Shown one piece after another: positions 59,046-64,000 of a stretch of 64,000 nucleotides of DNA (position 1 is the stretch's first letter; each line of letters starts with the position of its first letter). Source of the DNA: an uncultured Gemmatimonadales bacterium (GTDB lineage: Bacteria > Gemmatimonadota > Gemmatimonadetes > Gemmatimonadales > GWC2-71-9). Below the pieces are notes generated by a model. That model made no database searches. It worked only from the letters and a program-made list of their open reading frames with translations, and was not told the origin of the DNA. The translations under genes were made by a program, and so were the position numbers. The stretch covers positions 928,001-992,000 of the forward strand of contig CAWHFW010000002.1 of NCBI GenBank assembly GCA_963828735.1. The letters are read 5' to 3'.

Positions 59046-59360
59046 GTGAACGGAGCGCGAGGACGCGAGGCCCGGCTGCGTCCAGAGTTCGACTATCTCT
59101 ATCCCGACGTCGAGGCCGGCGCGTGGCTGCCGGTGGAGGTGCTGATCAACCGTGTCGTCACCATGCTCTACGGCGACCGTTCGCGTGCCGGGATCATCAC
59201 CGGCGAGCGGCTCCTCCGGGATGACCACTTCGAGTTCCGCGGCACCTCGGCGCGCCCCGCCGGCCTTCCGCCCGACCTGAGCCGCCTCAGCGACGCCAGC
59301 ACGGAGCCCGAGCGCGCCCGGCAAGACGTCGAGTCCCGCACCAAGCCCGACGCTTCGTGA
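59046..59360 (+). CDS. Small hypothetical protein
   Basis: GGAGG RBS before GTG, REARLRPEF..LYP...HFEFRG. Confidence 0.75.
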   Translation: MNGARGREARLRPEFDYLYPDVEAGAWLPVEVLINRVVTMLYGDRSRAGIITGERLLRDDHFEFRGTSARPAGLPPDLSRLSDASTEPERARQDVESRTKPDAS

Positions 59361-59473
59361 TCCTGTTGCCGTGCCCGGACCTTCGCTCCTCCTCCTTCTC
59401 GCGACGGACGACAAGGGATCGGACGACAAGGGGATGAACGTCGCCGGGCGAGCCCTTGACCCGGCGAGTCCGG

Positions 59474-60823
59474 TCACGCGCGAACGCGGCCCAGGGTGAA
59501 GTGGAAGGTGGCGCCCTGCCCCAACATCCCCTCGGCCCACACGCGGCCGCCGTGCCGGTGCACGATGCGCTGCACCGTCGCGAGACCGATGCCGGTCCCG
59601 GGAAACTCGCTCTGAAGGTGGAGTCGCTGGAACGGGCCGAAGAGGCGATCGGCGTACGCCATGTCGAAGCCGGCGCCGTTGTCGCGCACGAAGTAGGTCG
59701 GCTCGCCGGCCACGTGGGTGAGGCCGAATTCGATGCGCGGGGCCGTCGTCCGCGCGGTGAACTTCCAGGCGTTCTCCAGGAGGTTCTCCAGCGCGATCCG
59801 GAGGAGCTGCCCATCCGCCTGGACCACGACGCCGGGGCGGATCTTGACCTCCACCGACCGGTCGGGCTCGGCCTCGCGCATTCGCTCGACGAGGAGGGCC
59901 GTGAGGCCGCTCAAATCCACTTCATGCTCCCGCATCTCCGCCCGGGTGACGCGGGCCAGGTACAGCACGTCGTCGATGAGTTGCGACATCTGCTGGCTCG
60001 CCTCGCGAACCCGGTCCAGGTAGTGCCGGCCGGTCTCGTCCAACCCACCCGCGTGTCCCTCCTGCACGGCCCGGCTGAAGCTCTCGATCCGGCGGAGCGG
60101 CGCGCGCAGGTCGTGTGAGACGGCGTAGCTGAAGCTCTCGAGCTCCCGATTCTTGTGTTCCAGGTCGCTCACCAGCTCTGCTCGCGTGTCCGCCAGCTCG
60201 CGCGCTTCCTGCTCGCTCGCCTGCAGCAGCTGGGTCTGCCGACGCAGCAGCTCGTTCTTCTTGGCGAGCTCGACGAACACGGCCACCTTGGACCGGACGA
60301 ACTCCGGCACGATCGGCTTGACCAGGTAGTCCACGGCGCCAACCGAGTATCCGCGGACGGCCTGCGTCTGGCTCTTGTCCGCCGCCGTGAGGAAGATGAT
60401 CGGGGTGTGGCGTGACTTGTCCCGTTGCCGGATCAGGGTGGCCGTCTCGAACCCATCCATCTCCGGCATCTTCACGTCCAGCAGCACCACGGCGCATTCG
60501 TGCGTGAGGAGCCATTTGAGGGCCTCGCGCCCGGAGTGCGCCATGATCAGGTGCTGCCCCAGTCCTTGCAGCATCGCCTCAAGGGCCACCAGATTGGCCG
60601 GCTTGTCGTCCACGAGGAGGATGTTGACTCGATCGTCGGTGTCGTCGGCCGGGGGCGCGATCGGCCGATCGGGCGAGTCCGCCGGGGGGGACCCGGTGAC
60701 GTCGGCGCCCGCCTCCCGCGCGCCAGCCTGTGACTCGAGGGTCGCTTCGATCGCGGCCGCCTCGCCCCCTCCACCGATCGCCTGACCGTCGGAGCCCCCC
60801 GCCGTCCGACCGTCGCCCTTCAC
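59474..60823 (-). CDS. Receiver-histidine kinase hybrid
   Basis: [17 protein letters not shown] receiver, [13 protein letters not shown] and GTGIGL. GTG at 60823 after GGAGG. Confidence 0.92.
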   Translation of the reverse strand: MKGDGRTAGGSDGQAIGGGGEAAAIEATLESQAGAREAGADVTGSPPADSPDRPIAPPADDTDDRVNILLVDDKPANLVALEAMLQGLGQHLIMAHSGREALKWLLTHECAVVLLDVKMPEMDGFETATLIRQRDKSRHTPIIFLTAADKSQTQAVRGYSVGAVDYLVKPIVPEFVRSKVAVFVELAKKNELLRRQTQLLQASEQEARELADTRAELVSDLEHKNRELESFSYAVSHDLRAPLRRIESFSRAVQEGHAGGLDETGRHYLDRVREASQQMSQLIDDVLYLARVTRAEMREHEVDLSGLTALLVERMREAEPDRSVEVKIRPGVVVQADGQLLRIALENLLENAWKFTARTTAPRIEFGLTHVAGEPTYFVRDNGAGFDMAYADRLFGPFQRLHLQSEFPGTGIGLATVQRIVHRHGGRVWAEGMLGQGATFHFTLGRVRA

Positions 60824-60849
60824 CGCGTGTCCTCCAGAGCGGCGCGGGC

Positions 60850-63999
<3,150 letters not shown>

Positions 64000-64000
64000 C

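Overview
High-GC bacterial DNA. Gene content and context suggest Gemmatimonadota (inference, not searched). 1-17.2 kb is core genome: a TPM/nucleotidyltransferase-like/LemA operon, DsbA, a CPBP protease, waaA, an F1-only atpAGDC block followed by outer-membrane protein genes, an mlaE-F-D/NUDIX/AraC-like operon and a sigma-70 factor. A six-tRNA cluster (Ala, Gly, fMet, Val, Arg, Pro) lies at 17.2-18.1 kb and tRNA-Arg(CCG) at 23.9 kb. Accessory DNA follows: a 7.5-kb island bounded by a degenerate copy of the tRNA-Arg 3' end, a tyrosine-integrase remnant, six stand-alone receiver proteins, general-stress genes, an MMPL transporter, a copper nitrite reductase cluster, solA/sdaA, a probable lanthanide-type PQQ dehydrogenase with a lipid-anchored di-haem cytochrome c, asnB, a DUF2946-like/TonB receptor/BNR operon and several large histidine kinases. 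The most unusual unexplained element is a ~150-nt unit at 4469-4654 with its own promoter and terminator, carrying a perfect 13-nt complement of the 16S rRNA 3' end and two tiny ORFs. Several frameshifts look like long-read indel errors. No CRISPR array or rRNA gene was seen.
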